This document shows positions 47,617 to 60,773 of a stretch of DNA of 64,000 bases, piece after piece. The DNA comes from Podarcis muralis (lineage: Eukaryota), in assembly GCF_964188315.1 (NCBI RefSeq), contig NC_135655.1, positions 73,470,001-73,534,000 of the forward strand. Direction: 5' to 3'. A program made the position numbers and the translations under genes. Position 1 is the stretch's first letter. Every line of letters begins with the position of its first letter. Below the pieces are notes generated by a model. That model ran no database searches. It was not told the DNA's origin and saw only the letters and a program-made list of their open reading frames with translations.

Positions 47617-50600
47617 AAAAAATTTCAAAAGTGACAAAGAAGGCAGAGAGGACAAAAATAGTAGTTAACACACATATAGCTTGTGGCATGCTCCACAGTA
47701 TAAAAAAGAAAGCCAAGCATTCAGCACAATGTGGCCAGCAGTTCTGTTTGGCCTTTCCCTATGGTCTCCATCGTGGCTCTGTTTAATTCAAACAAATCCA
47801 GCAAAGAGAAAGGGGGAATGTTATCCTCCTCTTTTGGCTTAGAAGAGAGAGTTATTTGCCATATGATCTTCCAAGAAACAGCAACCATCAAAAATTAATG
47901 TTTTGGACACATCTATACTCCCAAACCTAACCCTGTCAATTGATGTTCTCTGGGGAACTACAACCAATCAAGAGGCTTCTCAGATTCACCACAAAAATTG
48001 TTGGGAGAACAACTCTTCACATAGCATTGTGCGAATACGTTGTCAGATGTAACAGTACAATGCTTTGCACAGGAGCATTTGCATGTCAGCTCTCTTCCAC
48101 CTCGCTTCTCTTGCCTGGGTCTCCACCTTTTAAATATAGAGCCATATTGGAGGTGAGATTCTCCACACCGCCAGTCTCTACTTAAAGCAAACCCCAATCA
48201 ACGGCACGGGGGTTATTTTAAGCCTACCTTGGAATGCTGCAGCTACCCTCGTCCCTCTCTTGCTAGTCCCTCAGTGCATTGCAGACAGGAAAAGGGAAAC
48301 AAGAACATATCCTGCTTTGCCTGGCACTGAAAAGTGGCCATACGTCTATCGTTTTGCAGAAACAGCAAATTATGTGATACAAACTTATTGAGGACTGCAC
48401 CATTTCAGACAGCACTCTGCCGTAGAAAGAAATAAGCTCTACATACAGAACTGCCGCCATGCTGGGGAGAAGCCTAATATAGAACCCTCTCCCAACATCA
48501 GGCTTTTTGTATGCAAAGAAACAATTTTCATTATTATTTTAAAATTTGGGAGAACACACTGTTGTAAGATTCCCTACCTGTGGTCTGTAGAAGTACAATC
48601 CAGAAACAGTTGTAAAACACAATCTTCAGACTATGGTACATTGTCCACTGCCCACCCCCTTTTTGGCTTTCAGGTGTTCATGGGATTCCAGATGTGTACT
48701 TATCCTTGTAAAGCACTTCTGTCCTTTCTACCACTCCACTTAAGATCACACCCTCCTGAAGCTGCTTTATATTACAGTGTCAAAGCATTGTTGAATGCAC
48801 TTGCACGTAACATGTAGTTTGTGCCTTACCCACAAAGCATGCTCCGGAAAACTTATTCCTCCCTCTTGTCCTGCTGTTGCACTTCAATGGCAGCATAATC
48901 CTCAATAATCTCCTGCACCCACCTTCCACAGACACGGTCTTGGAACATGACCTGTGCCTGAAGCAAACATTTCCTCCCCCAAATGGGCTTGATCCATGCT
49001 CAGTTCTTGGAGGACAGGTCAGCGAATCTTCCAACACAGAGTTATGGCTGCTCGCACATTGTAAACTGAATGCTGAACAGTATCAAACTTATGGTATAGA
49101 AAAAGCAAACTGCTTAGAGGTGTATTTATATACATTTCTCAAGGACACTCAACAAAAGGCAGTGAGTTACAAACATCCATTCTGTACGCTGGTAACCCCA
49201 ATGCACGCATATATATTATATGTAAATAAATGTACATGCACAATTGATACCTAGAAGTTGCAGACAGAGCCTATTATACTGGAACACGTGACCCCAAAAC
49301 CTGTGAAGGATGGGTGGGATGGGTGGTAAGGTTCAATTTCTGTTTCCAGTGCATGCAAAGTTTGACATTCAGGGCAGTGTTGCTTTAAGGCTATTTCTAA
49401 GGCTAAAAGATCTCAACCAGTCCCCTCAACTGCATCTTTCAAGACTCTGAGGCATTGCTTCCTTAGGGGGGAAAGGGTGACGGCTGGGTGAGAACCTTGA
49501 CCCAACATTCCCTTTCATGCTGTTTTCTGACCTGCCTTGCTTAACGCAAGGCTGGATTTGCACTGAACCTCTGGGTTGCTCTAATTGCTGAATTCATAAA
49601 AAGGATCTGCGCCTAGTGCTGAGTGGACCATTCAAGCCCAGCAGTGCTTCTAGCTGTGCACTAAAAGCATTCCAACTAGTGTTGGAAGATTATATCTGCA
49701 GCATTGTGTGTCGCCTCTCTCTCTTTCGTTCATGCTGTCCCCTGCTGTTAAAGGGCATCCTGGCATTCACTGCAAGTTGGGAAGATCAGCAGGGGGAAAC
49801 TGGGATTAAATTACTCCTTCAAGAACAAACAGAACAGAAGTCAAACTATTAAGTGGGGTGATAGCACAGGGCTTGTTTGTGACTGTTTTCTATAATACAG
49901 GATTAACTAACTACCGAAATAACAAATAAGCCCTGTGAACATGGCCACTCTGTCGTAAGGAAGAGGCCGGTGGGACTTCTTGCCCCAACTGTAACAAATT
50001 TCAGGTTGCAACTTGAAAAAAAGCATTTTTGGGGGGGGGGGGAAGAGGGGAGGGAAGGGACGGGAAGGCAAGGGGGTGCCTAAACTCAGCTATCTGAGTT
50101 GTCAACTGAAAAGAAACACGCGTGGCTTCATGTTTGCAGCTCAGGTGTTGTCAGAAAGGGTGAAGTCCTGGAAACCAGCTTTGCTTGAAAAGTATTTAGG
50201 GCCCATCACTTAGGTTTTACTTCTGGTATTTGGAGAGGAAAACACCTTCCAATTTCTCCTCACAGGGTCACACACACCTTGTTGGTTATCCAGCTCTATT
50301 ACCAAGTTTTAAAAAGGCACAAGAATAGGTGCCTTCTTAAAACAAAAAACACAAAAAAACCCCCCTAATATATTTAAATGAACAGGTTTCTAGCCATTGT
50401 TTAAGAGATCGCCTTCCACAGATACTTTTTGGCATCATTAGAAAACTGCACATTTATGAAATAAAAGACCTCATTCAACATTTGCATTCAGAATTAACCA
50501 TGTAAGCACATGTGCAAGTTCAGTTTTCGCAGTGAGATATAGAAAGCTTTAACATTCCATTACCAGACCTATTCAATTCTCTCTTTCATCTAAAATCCAC

Positions 50601-51387
50601 CTAATATATTTTTTAATGGTGTTTTTTTTTAAAAAAAATGCTCCCGATTCTAAATTTTATGAGGACTTTTGGAGATTTGGCCTTCAATCATAGCGACTTT
50701 GTGAATTCTGGGAGACACAACGGACTTTTGACTTACAACAATTTATGAAAAAAAGGTCTCTCCACTCTTCAGTGAAAAGGTGGCAATCTGAAATACAGAC
50801 ACACTCACCTGTCTAATAACAAAACAGCAGGACTGATTGCATCTTCATGCCAAGGGACTCTTGCACACTCAAAAGATTTAGAGAATGTGTCCAAGATTAC
50901 TTATGAACTAAGATAAGAGATTGTTAAGGGGGACATGCTGGGATTAGGTGTCAACAAGGGTTTCAGTATGTTGTTTTTTTTAATCACTTTCAGAGAATAA
51001 GGATGCACCAAGTGTCTATATTCCTCATAAAAGGAGTGGCACCTGTGCATGATACCCTCTTTTTCCATGTTGGCAGCATAAGAAGAATGACGAGGAAAGA
51101 GAAGAAAAAGAAAGGCTCTCTTTGATAAAGGCCTGGAACCACTGGAATTATTTACCACGCAAACTGATGTGTAACTAACTCCGCCACAAATATACAGAAA
51201 CTCCCCCTCCCACCACCCTTAAACAAAAAGAAGACTTTCCAAGTAAGAATGATAAGTACTGTATGGTAATATCTGAAATATTTATATACATAATTTTCTT
51301 TGTCTTTTGTTGGAAGTATCTCCTGGTCAGACAGCGGCACTTTGGGGTCCCTTCGGCACCATTGCTTCGCCTCTGCCCTCCCGCTTC

Positions 51388-51450
51388 TCAATAGACCGAG
51401 CTGTTTCGGATGCCGCAGCACAACACCATGCTCAGGATCATCTCAAAGAT
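51388..51450 (-). CDS. CD81: CD81 exon 8 (last coding)
   Basis: IFEMILSMVLCCGIRNSSVY*; matches the mammalian C-terminus. Confidence 0.97.
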   Translation of the reverse strand: MFEMILSMVLCCGIRNSSVY

Positions 51451-52369
51451 CTGCAGGCCAAGAGAGAACATTAGAGAGGATCCAACTCAAACATAAGCTA
51501 TGTCCCTAGGCTAAGTTAACCGTAGGCAAGACCTCCACTTCTATTCAGACTGGCAAGAAGCCGAAGAGAAAACTAGTTCTGCTAATGCAGGCAGAGATGG
51601 GTTTTAATTTAAGACGGTTTGCTTTGTTGCTGTTGAAGTTGGAAAAAAAAGAGAGAGTTAACATTAAAACCCAGTCTGCATTTTTTGAGGCTTTCAGGAG
51701 CAAAGAGTACAAACCAAACTTTTTAGTTCTAGGTGGAATTCTGTTCCTCCTCCATATTTCTCTGAGCTTCTGTTTCCCCTCACACTGAATGATAAAAAGT
51801 TGGTAGGTAGCCAGTCTTATTTTTATTTTGCAAGATGCCTTGAGTCCAGTCATGGAAAAAGGTAGGCTATATATAATTATTTTATATGCACTTTAAAATA
51901 ATAATATAATATCATCTCATCATCAGATAATTTTCTTGATAAAGTGATTGAAGTGTAATTCTAATTGGAAAGCTTCTACTGGGCAAAATCGAAAGAAGAA
52001 AGAGAGAAAAATAGGAAGACTTGAATCTTAAAATGATCTATGGGAGGGTAGAAGGATAAGGGATATTCTCCAGCTGTCATTTAGGGAATAGAGTGGCTTA
52101 GAAGCTTCTCTTCCTCCCTTGCTATCCAGAAAAGCATTGCAGGTTAAGGAAGACACAGTTCATTTCTGGGAAAGCTGCATCTTGCCCCTGCTCTGCAAGG
52201 AGAGAATGAGGAGAAGCTGTCAATCATATCTAAACTTACAACTGACCTAGAGGTCCACCATCATACTGCCCACAGCTGTTGCATGGATGGCACCTCAACA
52301 GGCCCTCTGGGAATATCCCATATTCCACAAACCCACAGCCACTGCCACCACAACAACTCTAGCACTTAC

Positions 52370-52459
52370 CATGATCACAGCCACCACAATGGCGGCAATG
52401 CCAATCAAGTACAGTTTTCCAGAGAACAGCTCTTCAATTTTATTGTGACAGTTTAGATC
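52370..52459 (-). CDS. CD81: CD81 exon 7
   Basis: DLNCHNKIEELFSGKLYLIGIAAIVVAVIM; GTAAGT donor. Confidence 0.96.
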
Positions 52460-52692
52460 CTGTGGTAAAATGAACAGAATAACATAATGAGTCTTCTGGA
52501 TGAGGCCAATGGCTCATCTAATCCAGCATCCCCACAATGGTCAACCAGATGCAGTCACAGCACAGATTTGTATAATGACATTATGATACCCACAGTTTTA
52601 TTCTCAATTCCTTTCTTAACGATCCCTAGCATGGGATTTGCTTTCCCCCCAGCTGCCACACACTGTCAGTCACAGTCAGTTTAGAGCATATA

Positions 52693-52942
52693 CAGTTGTA
52701 CCTTGGTTGTTGAATACCTTGGTACTTGTCCGTTTTGGCTCCCGAATTCTGCAAACCCAGAAGTGAGTGTTCCGGTTTGTGAACTTTTTTGGAAGCCGAA
52801 CATCTGACGCGGCTTCTGCAGCTTCCAATTGAGTGCAGGAAGCTCCTGCAGTCAGTCAGAAGCCATGCCTTGGTTGCTGAACATTTTCCGAAGTCGAACG
52901 GACTTCCAGAATGGATTCCGTTCAACAACCAAGGTACGACTG
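52693..52942. mobile_element. Tigger-like MITE
   Basis: 22-bp TIR cagt(t/c)gtaccttggttgttgaa. Confidence 0.82.
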
Positions 52943-54056
52943 CTTGTGAAATTAAGATTTATTTATTTTTGCCCTGATATGCATTACACTTGTTTACATT
53001 GAATTGCATTTGCCATTTTGCTGCCCATTTGCTGAGTCTGGCGAGATCTGCTTGGAGCTCTTCGCAATCACTTCTTGTTTTAATGACCCTGAACAATTCA
53101 GTATCACCACCAAACTTGGCTACTTTACTGATCACCCCTAATTGTTTATGGACATATTATAAAGCACAGGCCTCAATACCAATAATGGATGGAACAAGTA
53201 AACATCCTGTTATGTGAGCATAGTATTTTGCCATTATGTGTGACCATCAGGAAAACTAAACACAGAGCTAAGGCCACTCAATCAATTCATTTATCTCAAT
53301 CCAAGGTTAGCAGAAGGATGAGTGTGGCCTAAGCATAATATGCCACCTCCTGATGCTCTTTGTACAAAAGCCCAAACTGCTGTCTATAATAATTTAATAG
53401 CCTCTCAAAACAGCTTTCGACCTACCTGTTGCAGTCAAAAAACAAAACACAAAAAACCTGCCCTGTAGCTATAATACTGTAGTAAGCCATTAACTGATGT
53501 ACATCTAATCAAAACAAACACATATTATTAGGAATGTTCAACCCATTCTACGCACACTTTCAACACATGGGGCCATGCTTCCCAGCTGCACCCCTAACAC
53601 TGCATGCTGTGCCTCCTTGAAGCCCATGCATTTGGTGAGATGTTTAAAAAGGGAACCTCAAAAGTGCAGGTTTCCTGGTTGTTTTGAGGGTCTGTGAGCT
53701 TAGGCTTCCTTTTCAAGCATCTTGCTGAAGGCATGGACTTTGGAGAAGGGGTGATGAGTGGGGGCATGCAAGGATAGGGAGTGATGTGACTCCTGCAGTT
53801 CTCTCTCTGTTCTGGCTTTGTTCAAGGAGGGTATTGCTGTACATCGCTATAAACAAATTATTAGTATTACGCTATAGACAAATATTAGTATTTCACAAAA
53901 GATCAGGTGAATGAGTTTTTACCCTTGCAAAGGTAGAACTGTCAATATTATGGTACACATTTATTTATCCTCACTCTGGAATATTCTGCTATGTATGTTG
54001 GTGGAAAGATTAAAGGAATTACTCTTACTATTCAAGAATTCACTGCATAACAATAT

Positions 54057-54199
54057 GGTATCTGAAGAAGTGTGCATGCACATGAAAGCCCATACCAATA
54101 ACTAACTTAGTTGCCCTCTAAGGTGCTACTGGAAGGAATTATTTTATTTTATTTTGTTTCGACTACGGCAGACCAACACGGCTACCTACCTGTAACTAG
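54057..54199 (+). mobile_element. short Penelope-derived insertion with mutated hammerhead
   Basis: TSD aacaatat at 54049 and 54200; GGTAT-CTGAAGA...GAAAGCCC-ATACC (U16.1>C). Confidence 0.8.
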
Positions 54200-54917
54200 A
54201 ACAATATTTTAAAAATATTGTTCTAATGGGGCACTGTGCCTTGGTGCCTAGATCCTGAAGGTGCCTAGCTAGGTATTAGTGAACCAGTACCATTGATGGA
54301 TTTACACTGGCACCTGGTCAAAGGAGCAGGGTCAAAGACTACCATGGCTGTCTGACAGATAAAGGAATGCAGCCAAAACTTGACTACTCTTGAAGCATGT
54401 TCCCAGCAAATCACCAATGCGGCTCTCCAGTGGTTGGAAGAGGATTCCCATCACATTTATGAAAAAACAGCATAGGTCGTCACTTGTTCAGTCCTTAATG
54501 TGAGAAATCAATTCTGGCCCTTCTGCTGCAATAAAGGTTTATTTGGGGAAAGACAGCTTTAGCATTTGTATAGAACATGGGCTGGTTTCGAAGCACACCC
54601 CGCCCCCCGGCCCTCAGAACAAGGTGAGCACCGCTCTCTTGTAGATATTTAAAACAGTTCAAACCTTTCTACTACAGAAAGCTACCTTACGCGCTTAAAC
54701 AAACATGACACGGATCCATTTGTATACCTTAGGCTTAATGAAAGTCCTGGCTCTGGGGTGAAAGGAGTGCAGAAACAACCCTAAAGCTATACTTCATATT
54801 GCAAGCTCAACATGGTGCATTATTCCCCTCCCCCACTCCCAATCAACTGAAGTCTTGCCAGAGATGAAAGGCCCATTCACTGAAGACAATGGGTGTATCA
54901 CACAAACACTTTCTTAC

Positions 54918-55010
54918 CTGCGTAAATGCTGAAGACACACTTTGACTACAGAGATCAGGTTGAAGAATGTTCAATGCACTTTCCACGGCGCCACCACCAC
55001 AGCATTTTAG
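54918..55010 (-). CDS. CD81: CD81 exon 6 (EC2, CCG motif)
   Basis: LKCCGGGAVESALNILQPDLCSQSVSSAFTQ; CAG..GTAAG. Confidence 0.93.
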
Positions 55011-55669
55011 CTGTAAGCAGAGAAATGGATTGGAGTGAGCATTCTAACAGGGAATCTCTGAGGAGGAGGGAAAAGGTCTGAGCTGGAAGTCTGGAAAGAA
55101 TCTGAAAAATGGGCTGGAAGGTGGCACCTTATACCAGACAACGATCTTCTTTGAACCTTGGCAGGGGTAGCCACCTCTCATTTAAGAGCTATTATTATAT
55201 AATATGGAGACATGCAGGTGTTGGTTTATCTTTTCTCTTTATAAGCAGACCGCATACCATATCACTGGTGCTTTCCAATGAAAAGCACAATGGGATCTGT
55301 CATACGAAATTTCAGTTCTTGCCATTCCTGGTCCTCCCCCCTCCCCTATTTGAGGGGAGATGGCAAACCTGAACACATAATGTTCCCATGTCAACCCCTT
55401 TTGGTTTTATTTAGCCACTTAAAATGTCTGCTATCTTTCTTGCATCCTGCTCACTGGTCTCAACAATCCCTCTTGGGGACACCCGATGTGCTTGAATGGC
55501 CAAGAGGGAAGAGCCTCTTAAATTCAACGAGGGCTTGCTTTACAGGGACAATAGCAGTGTTCTGAATTATAGACTCCCCGGGCACTTCTTTGAACAACAA
55601 CAATGCCAACTACATGCCTGTGGATGGAAGGTCAAGTTTGATTTCCAACAAATTGTGCATCCAGCTTAC

Positions 55670-55780
55670 TGTTTCGTGGAAGGTTTTCACAACTGCCTTG
55701 GCCTTGTTTGCTTTCTCAGCGTCACTTGACTTTGCTTGGAGTAACGCTTGGTCGTAGAACTGTGTGATGTCTTTGGCAAT
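55670..55780 (-). CDS. CD81: CD81 exon 5
   Basis: IAKDITQFYDQALLQAKSSDAEKANKAKAVVKTFHET. Confidence 0.96.
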
Positions 55781-56341
55781 CTGCAACGGGGACGGGGAGA
55801 GGGAAGAAGATACAGCCACAATGAAAAATGCCAACCATGTGTTTTCTAAAGTTTCCAGTTGTTTAAGGCAGATAGGTACATTGAAGTTGTATGGTGATGG
55901 CAGAAGCTCAACCACATGGTGCCACAGGCTAGGGGCAGTGCAAATTACCTCGGCTTCTTCCCAGTAATTCAAACCGTCTCAGAAAAGAAAAAAGGAAAGG
56001 AAAGGAAAAAGATGACAGACAACCAACAGAGCTCAGGAAAACCTGAAAATAGCTTGTAGATTAACATTGTCATCCAGAACAGAGGCGAAGTTCAGAGCAG
56101 GGAGCTGGGCTTGCAGAAAGGTCTGTCACACTCTTGAAAAGAGAAGGCAATCCAGCAAGATGGAGTTAAACAGTAAGAGGAGTGCTACAAGCTGGATAGG
56201 CTCTCTGCCCTCAATAAATGCTAGAGGAACTCAGTGCCCAGGCCTTAACTGAGTCAGGATAATTTTCAGTTAAGAGTACATGAGTTTGAACCAACAGTCT
56301 CCTGCAAGCCTCACGGGTCCTAAAGCAGGTGAACAATATTA

Positions 56342-57025
56342 CAGCGGTACCTCGGTTTTCGAACAGCGAAGTTCCCGAACAACTCAGAACCCGAACGCTG
56401 CAAACCCAGAAGTAGGTGTTCCGGTTTTCGAACTTTGCCCCAGAAGCCTGAGCTTCCGTTTCTCCTGTTGCACAGCAAATTTGAGTGCCCCGCATAGTAA
56501 TTAAGGCTTATTTGCTTCCGTTTTACCCTTAAGCAGCAAATTTAAGCACCCCCTCCATCGTAATTAAAGCCTTCTGTTTCTGATTGCAGTGTTCTGAGGT
56601 GATATTTGGTGCTTTTGTTTTTGCTGTTTTTTGCATTTTTGTTTGTGTGGCTTTTTCATTTTTTTGTCTGTGGCTTGTTTTTCATTTTATGATTGATTGA
56701 TTGTGTGACTGCGGAAATGGATAAAAGCCCCCCATCCAAACAATGACTATAATCAGTACAGGTAAGAATTTTTTTTTAATTTTTATCATCTACAATACTG
56801 TCATATTTATTTTATAGTACAGAACATTGCTTTCATTTTGTGGATCAATGGTCTCGTTAAATAGTAAAACTCATGTTAAATTGCTGTTTTAGGGGTTGTT
56901 TTTAAAAGCCTGGAATGGATTAATCCATTTTGCATTACTTTCTATGGGAAAGTGTGGCTTGGTTTTGGAACACTTTGGTTTTGGAACGGACTTCCGGAAA
57001 GGATTTGAGAACCAAGGTACCACTG
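56342..57025. mobile_element. Tigger-like non-autonomous DNA transposon (684 bp)
   Basis: TIR cagcggtacctcggtt/aaccaaggtaccactg; TA TSD. Confidence 0.82.
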
Positions 57026-57139
57026 TACTGGCAATATTGGTGCTTCAAACCAAGGACTAGTTGTTGATACATGGAAAGAGCTGTCCAGAGGCTTCTCTCA
57101 TCAATGTAGTGGAGCTGGAACATGTCCCTGATTTTGTCT

Positions 57140-57330
57140 CCCAAAAGGCTAACCATGTGGATTCCATTATGCCATTACTTCCCTCTCCCCAGGGTAGTTT
57201 CCAGGCTAACCTCAAGGTGCTAGTTTTAATCTTTCAAACTCTACAAGGGCTGGGTCTTGGATATTTGAGAGGATGCTTTCTTCCATATGCACCTCCCCAT
57301 TGTTTCTGAGGGTGCCCTCATCATAAAAGG
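57140..57330 (+). mobile_element. L2 LINE ORF2 remnant
   Basis: degenerate ...LKVLVLIFQTLQGLGLGYLR, resembling L2 KVLVLTFKALHGLGPGYL. Confidence 0.55.
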
Positions 57331-58152
57331 GCGAGAGGTTGGTCCATAATGGCAATAGGGGCTATTTGTTGGGTCCCTGCAATTGGAAAAAACCTCCCCC
57401 CCCCCATCACAAACATGCCAAATTGGTTTGTTGAGGAAGACTATGAAAGCTGCTTTTTCGATAGACTTTTAAGCCTGCAGGGGAAACCTGTGCCCTCCAG
57501 TTCTCCCCTTGTGTGCTTGAAAAACAAAGCCAAGTGCTAAATAAAGCATCAAGATTGTCGTGCTCCAGAGTCAACAGAGTTGCAGCAGGGCCAAAGCGTT
57601 GTGGATTTAAACTCTTTTAGGGAAACACATGCGTGGGCCAGCTGTTTGCAGCTGTGCTAAGGGGAACATGTCCTCTTCACATCCCAATCTAAGCTACCCC
57701 TTGGGGAAGTAGGAAGTTGAGAAACAGCATGCCAGATTTCATTTTAAAAAGGAAGAATGGGAGGCTGTTTTTATTAAGGGATAATTTGCCCTAGGGGAAG
57801 ACCATTAAGGACTACAAAATCCTCCTATTTCATTTCTTCAGTGCCATCTGGAACTGGCTAGTGGATAAAAACACTGATAATAGAATTTCCTCCCACTGTG
57901 CACAGCCTGCAGAAGGGCTCAGATGACACCAATGCTAATAAAAGTGAGTGGTCATTTGATACAGAGGAATGAGTGTTTGTCATTCAAATTATTCCCACAT
58001 AGCGTGGCTGTGTGGTGCTGGTGTTAAGCTCTTTCTCGTGCAATCACAGGAACCCCACACTCCTCATGGTGGGATGAGAGAAATCAGTATCATCTCAGTG
58101 AAACAACATAATCAAGTTTGCCTCCACACCATGCTATAGTGAGGTTCAAGGG

Positions 58153-58154
<2 letters not shown>

Positions 58155-58224
<70 letters not shown>
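58155..58224 (+). repeat. compound (GT)n(GA)n microsatellite
   Basis: seen directly. Confidence 0.95.
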
Positions 58225-58227
<3 letters not shown>

Positions 58228-59461
58228 AGACAACAAGTGCAGACTGGCAGAAGAAGAAAAATAAGGATGAGCAGAAAAGGGGAGCAAAAACTACTAGTTA
58301 CTCTCAGAAATAAAATCTTTACCACAGCTCTAAACACATAGTCTCAAAATCTATGTGCATGTGATGCCCTGGATGAATATTGCGAACTATCTTGTGAGAG
58401 AATGAAATTCTGGAATAGATAACATCTAAGGCTACAGTGACCCAAACGTAGTAAGAGTGATATAAATACAACTTAAAGTAATATTGTAAAAAAGTAGGCT
58501 ACTCAAGAGGTCCAAAGTTTCCTAACTGTTATTCAACAGGATGTAATGAGCTTGTATATAAACAGGTTTCCGCAATCATCACAAAGCCCTTGATTATGCA
58601 GAGGTTGGAAGGGGGTAGGGAGAATCCACCATCTCCTTGGCAGTCTCTTCCAAAAGATAATTGCTCTTGCAAGTTTAAAAAAAACACCAGTGTCCTTTAT
58701 TTCAAGCTATTCATTGCTATAATCATTATAATGCTTACCTTGGCTTGATTTAATAACCCCCTGCATTGCCTACTTTTTTCTCTCCCTGTGAAAGCATTTA
58801 TTTATTGCCCCCACAGCCATTAATCTACTTTATGATAAGGTAACCAAATCAGCATCTTTTATTACATAACTTCTTCCTGGCTCTCCCTCGCCCTGTGTTT
58901 TCATTATCCCTTTTAAGTCTAGACATCAGAACAACTTACAGATGCATAGTTTTCCATAGCCTCAAACTCCATAATAACGTTCCTAAAAACACTGTATTAT
59001 TTGTGTAACCACAATGTTGTGGTTAGCCACAACGACTAATATGGGGAGAGAAAACCCTTCTCCAAGTCTGAAATTTTTATCTTCCATTACATAGGTATTT
59101 GTCTTATATAAGGCTATGCACAGAAAATCAAAGAAACTATGAGATGAACTGTCGTGGCCCCAAATGCACAATTTTAGGTTTTTTCTATCCCAAATGGTCT
59201 TGCAGAAAAATGAATGTGTATACCCAACCCACAAGCAACAATGCTAATCCTTACCACCTTCTGGACTTTGGGGAAACACCTCAAAGGACTAGGTTTGACA
59301 TGTGTTCTTTGTTGCAGTACTAACAGCTACTCAAGGATATAACCACAATATAGACTGCATGATACAATAGGATATTTTTTTTCTGTGTTTTTAGCGGTTC
59401 TTGTTTTTATGTCAGTCACCCCGAGTCCTCTCAGGGACAAAGGTGGGATATACTACTACTA

Positions 59462-60266
59462 CAGTGGACGCTCGGTTTGCGAACATGATCCGTGCGGGAA
59501 GCACATTCATAACCTGCAGGATCCGCAGCCGGCAGCACCTGCGCCGAAACCCAGAAGTAACCTGTTCCGGTACTTCTGGGTTCAGTGCAGTGTGCAACCT
59601 GAAGCATCTGTAACTTGACATGAGCCAACAGTGTGACGCGGCAGCTAAAAAAGCCAATGCAATTCTGGGCTGCATCAATAGGAGTATAGCATCTAGATCA
59701 AGGGAAGTAATAGTGCCACTGTATTCTGCTCTGGTCAGACCTCACCTGGAGTACTGTGTCCAGTTCTGGGCACCACAGTTCAAGAAGGACACTGACAAAC
59801 TGGAACGTGTCCAGAGGAGGGCAACCAAAATGGTCAAAGGCCTGGAAACGATGCCTTATGAGGAACGGCTAAGGGAGCTGGGCATGTTTAGCCTGGAGAA
59901 GAGGAGGTTAAGGGGTGATATGATAGCCATGTTCAAATATATAAAAGGATGTCATATGGAGGAGGGAGAAAGGTTGTTTTCTGCTGCTCCAGAGAAGCGG
60001 ACACGGAGCAATGGATCCAAACTACAAGAAAGAAGATTCCACCTAAACATTAGGAAGAACTTCCTGACAGTAAGAGCTGTTCGACAGTGGAATTTGCTGC
60101 CAAGGAGTGTGGTGGAGTCTCCGTCTTTGGAGGTCTTTAAGCAGAGGCTTGACAACCATATGTCAGGAGTGCTCTGATGGTGTTTCCTGCTTGGCAGGGG
60201 GTTGGACTCGATGGCCCTTGTGGTCTCTTCCAACTCTATGATTCTATGTAACCCGAGGTATGACTG
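59462..60266. mobile_element. Tigger-like MITE interrupted by CR1
   Basis: cagtggacgctcgg ... ccgaggtatgactg ends, TA flanks inside a (TAC)n run. Confidence 0.7.
59615..60246 (+). mobile_element. 5'-truncated young CR1 LINE
   Basis: uninterrupted 185-aa ORF2 C-terminus ([26 protein letters not shown]), attctatg tail, TSD tgtaac. Confidence 0.93.
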
Positions 60267-60636
60267 TACTACTACTACTGATGAATGATAATAGCAAACT
60301 TGCTATCTGAGTGATAACCCCCATAGAGTCATGTGCAAGGATGAAACACAGGAAACTGGGTTGCACAGTCAGACCACTGTGGCCCAGCCTGTACAGTATA
60401 GTCTACACTGACAGGCAACCCTTGCCAGTGTTTTAGACAGGAGTTTTTCTCAGCCTTATCTGGAAGGCAGTATCAGTAGGTTTGCAGATACCTTAAGGTC
60501 TGTAGAAATAAATTTTGTAAAAAAAATGGAGTGCGCTGGGAAAGGGGCTGGACAAAAGCACTCTGCACAGCGACATTTTGTTGCACTTATCCACAATCTA
60601 TTTCACAGCTATTCAGTAGCTGCCAAACATGCCGCA

Positions 60637-60773
60637 GGAATCATAGAAGAGTTGGAAGGGACCCTGAGGATCATCTAGTCCAAACCCCCTGCAATGCAGG
60701 AATATGCAGCTGCCCCATACAGGGACTGAACCTGCAACCTTGGCGCTCTCAGCACCACGCTGTAACCAACTGG
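60637..60773 (-). mobile_element. tRNA-headed SINE with CR1 tail
   Basis: minus strand cagttggttacagcgtgg...ggttcagtccc...ggactagatgatcc...ttccaactc..atgattcc. Confidence 0.72.

Noticed and set aside
50028-50080. G-run cluster with G-quadruplex potential (also 12219, 15875, 33328)
   Set aside because: Simple G-rich or low-complexity tracts are common in this genome, and nothing ties them to a function.
59620-60177. 185-aa ORF as a host gene
   Set aside because: It is the C-terminal end of CR1 ORF2 in a 5'-truncated copy lacking the RT catalytic core.
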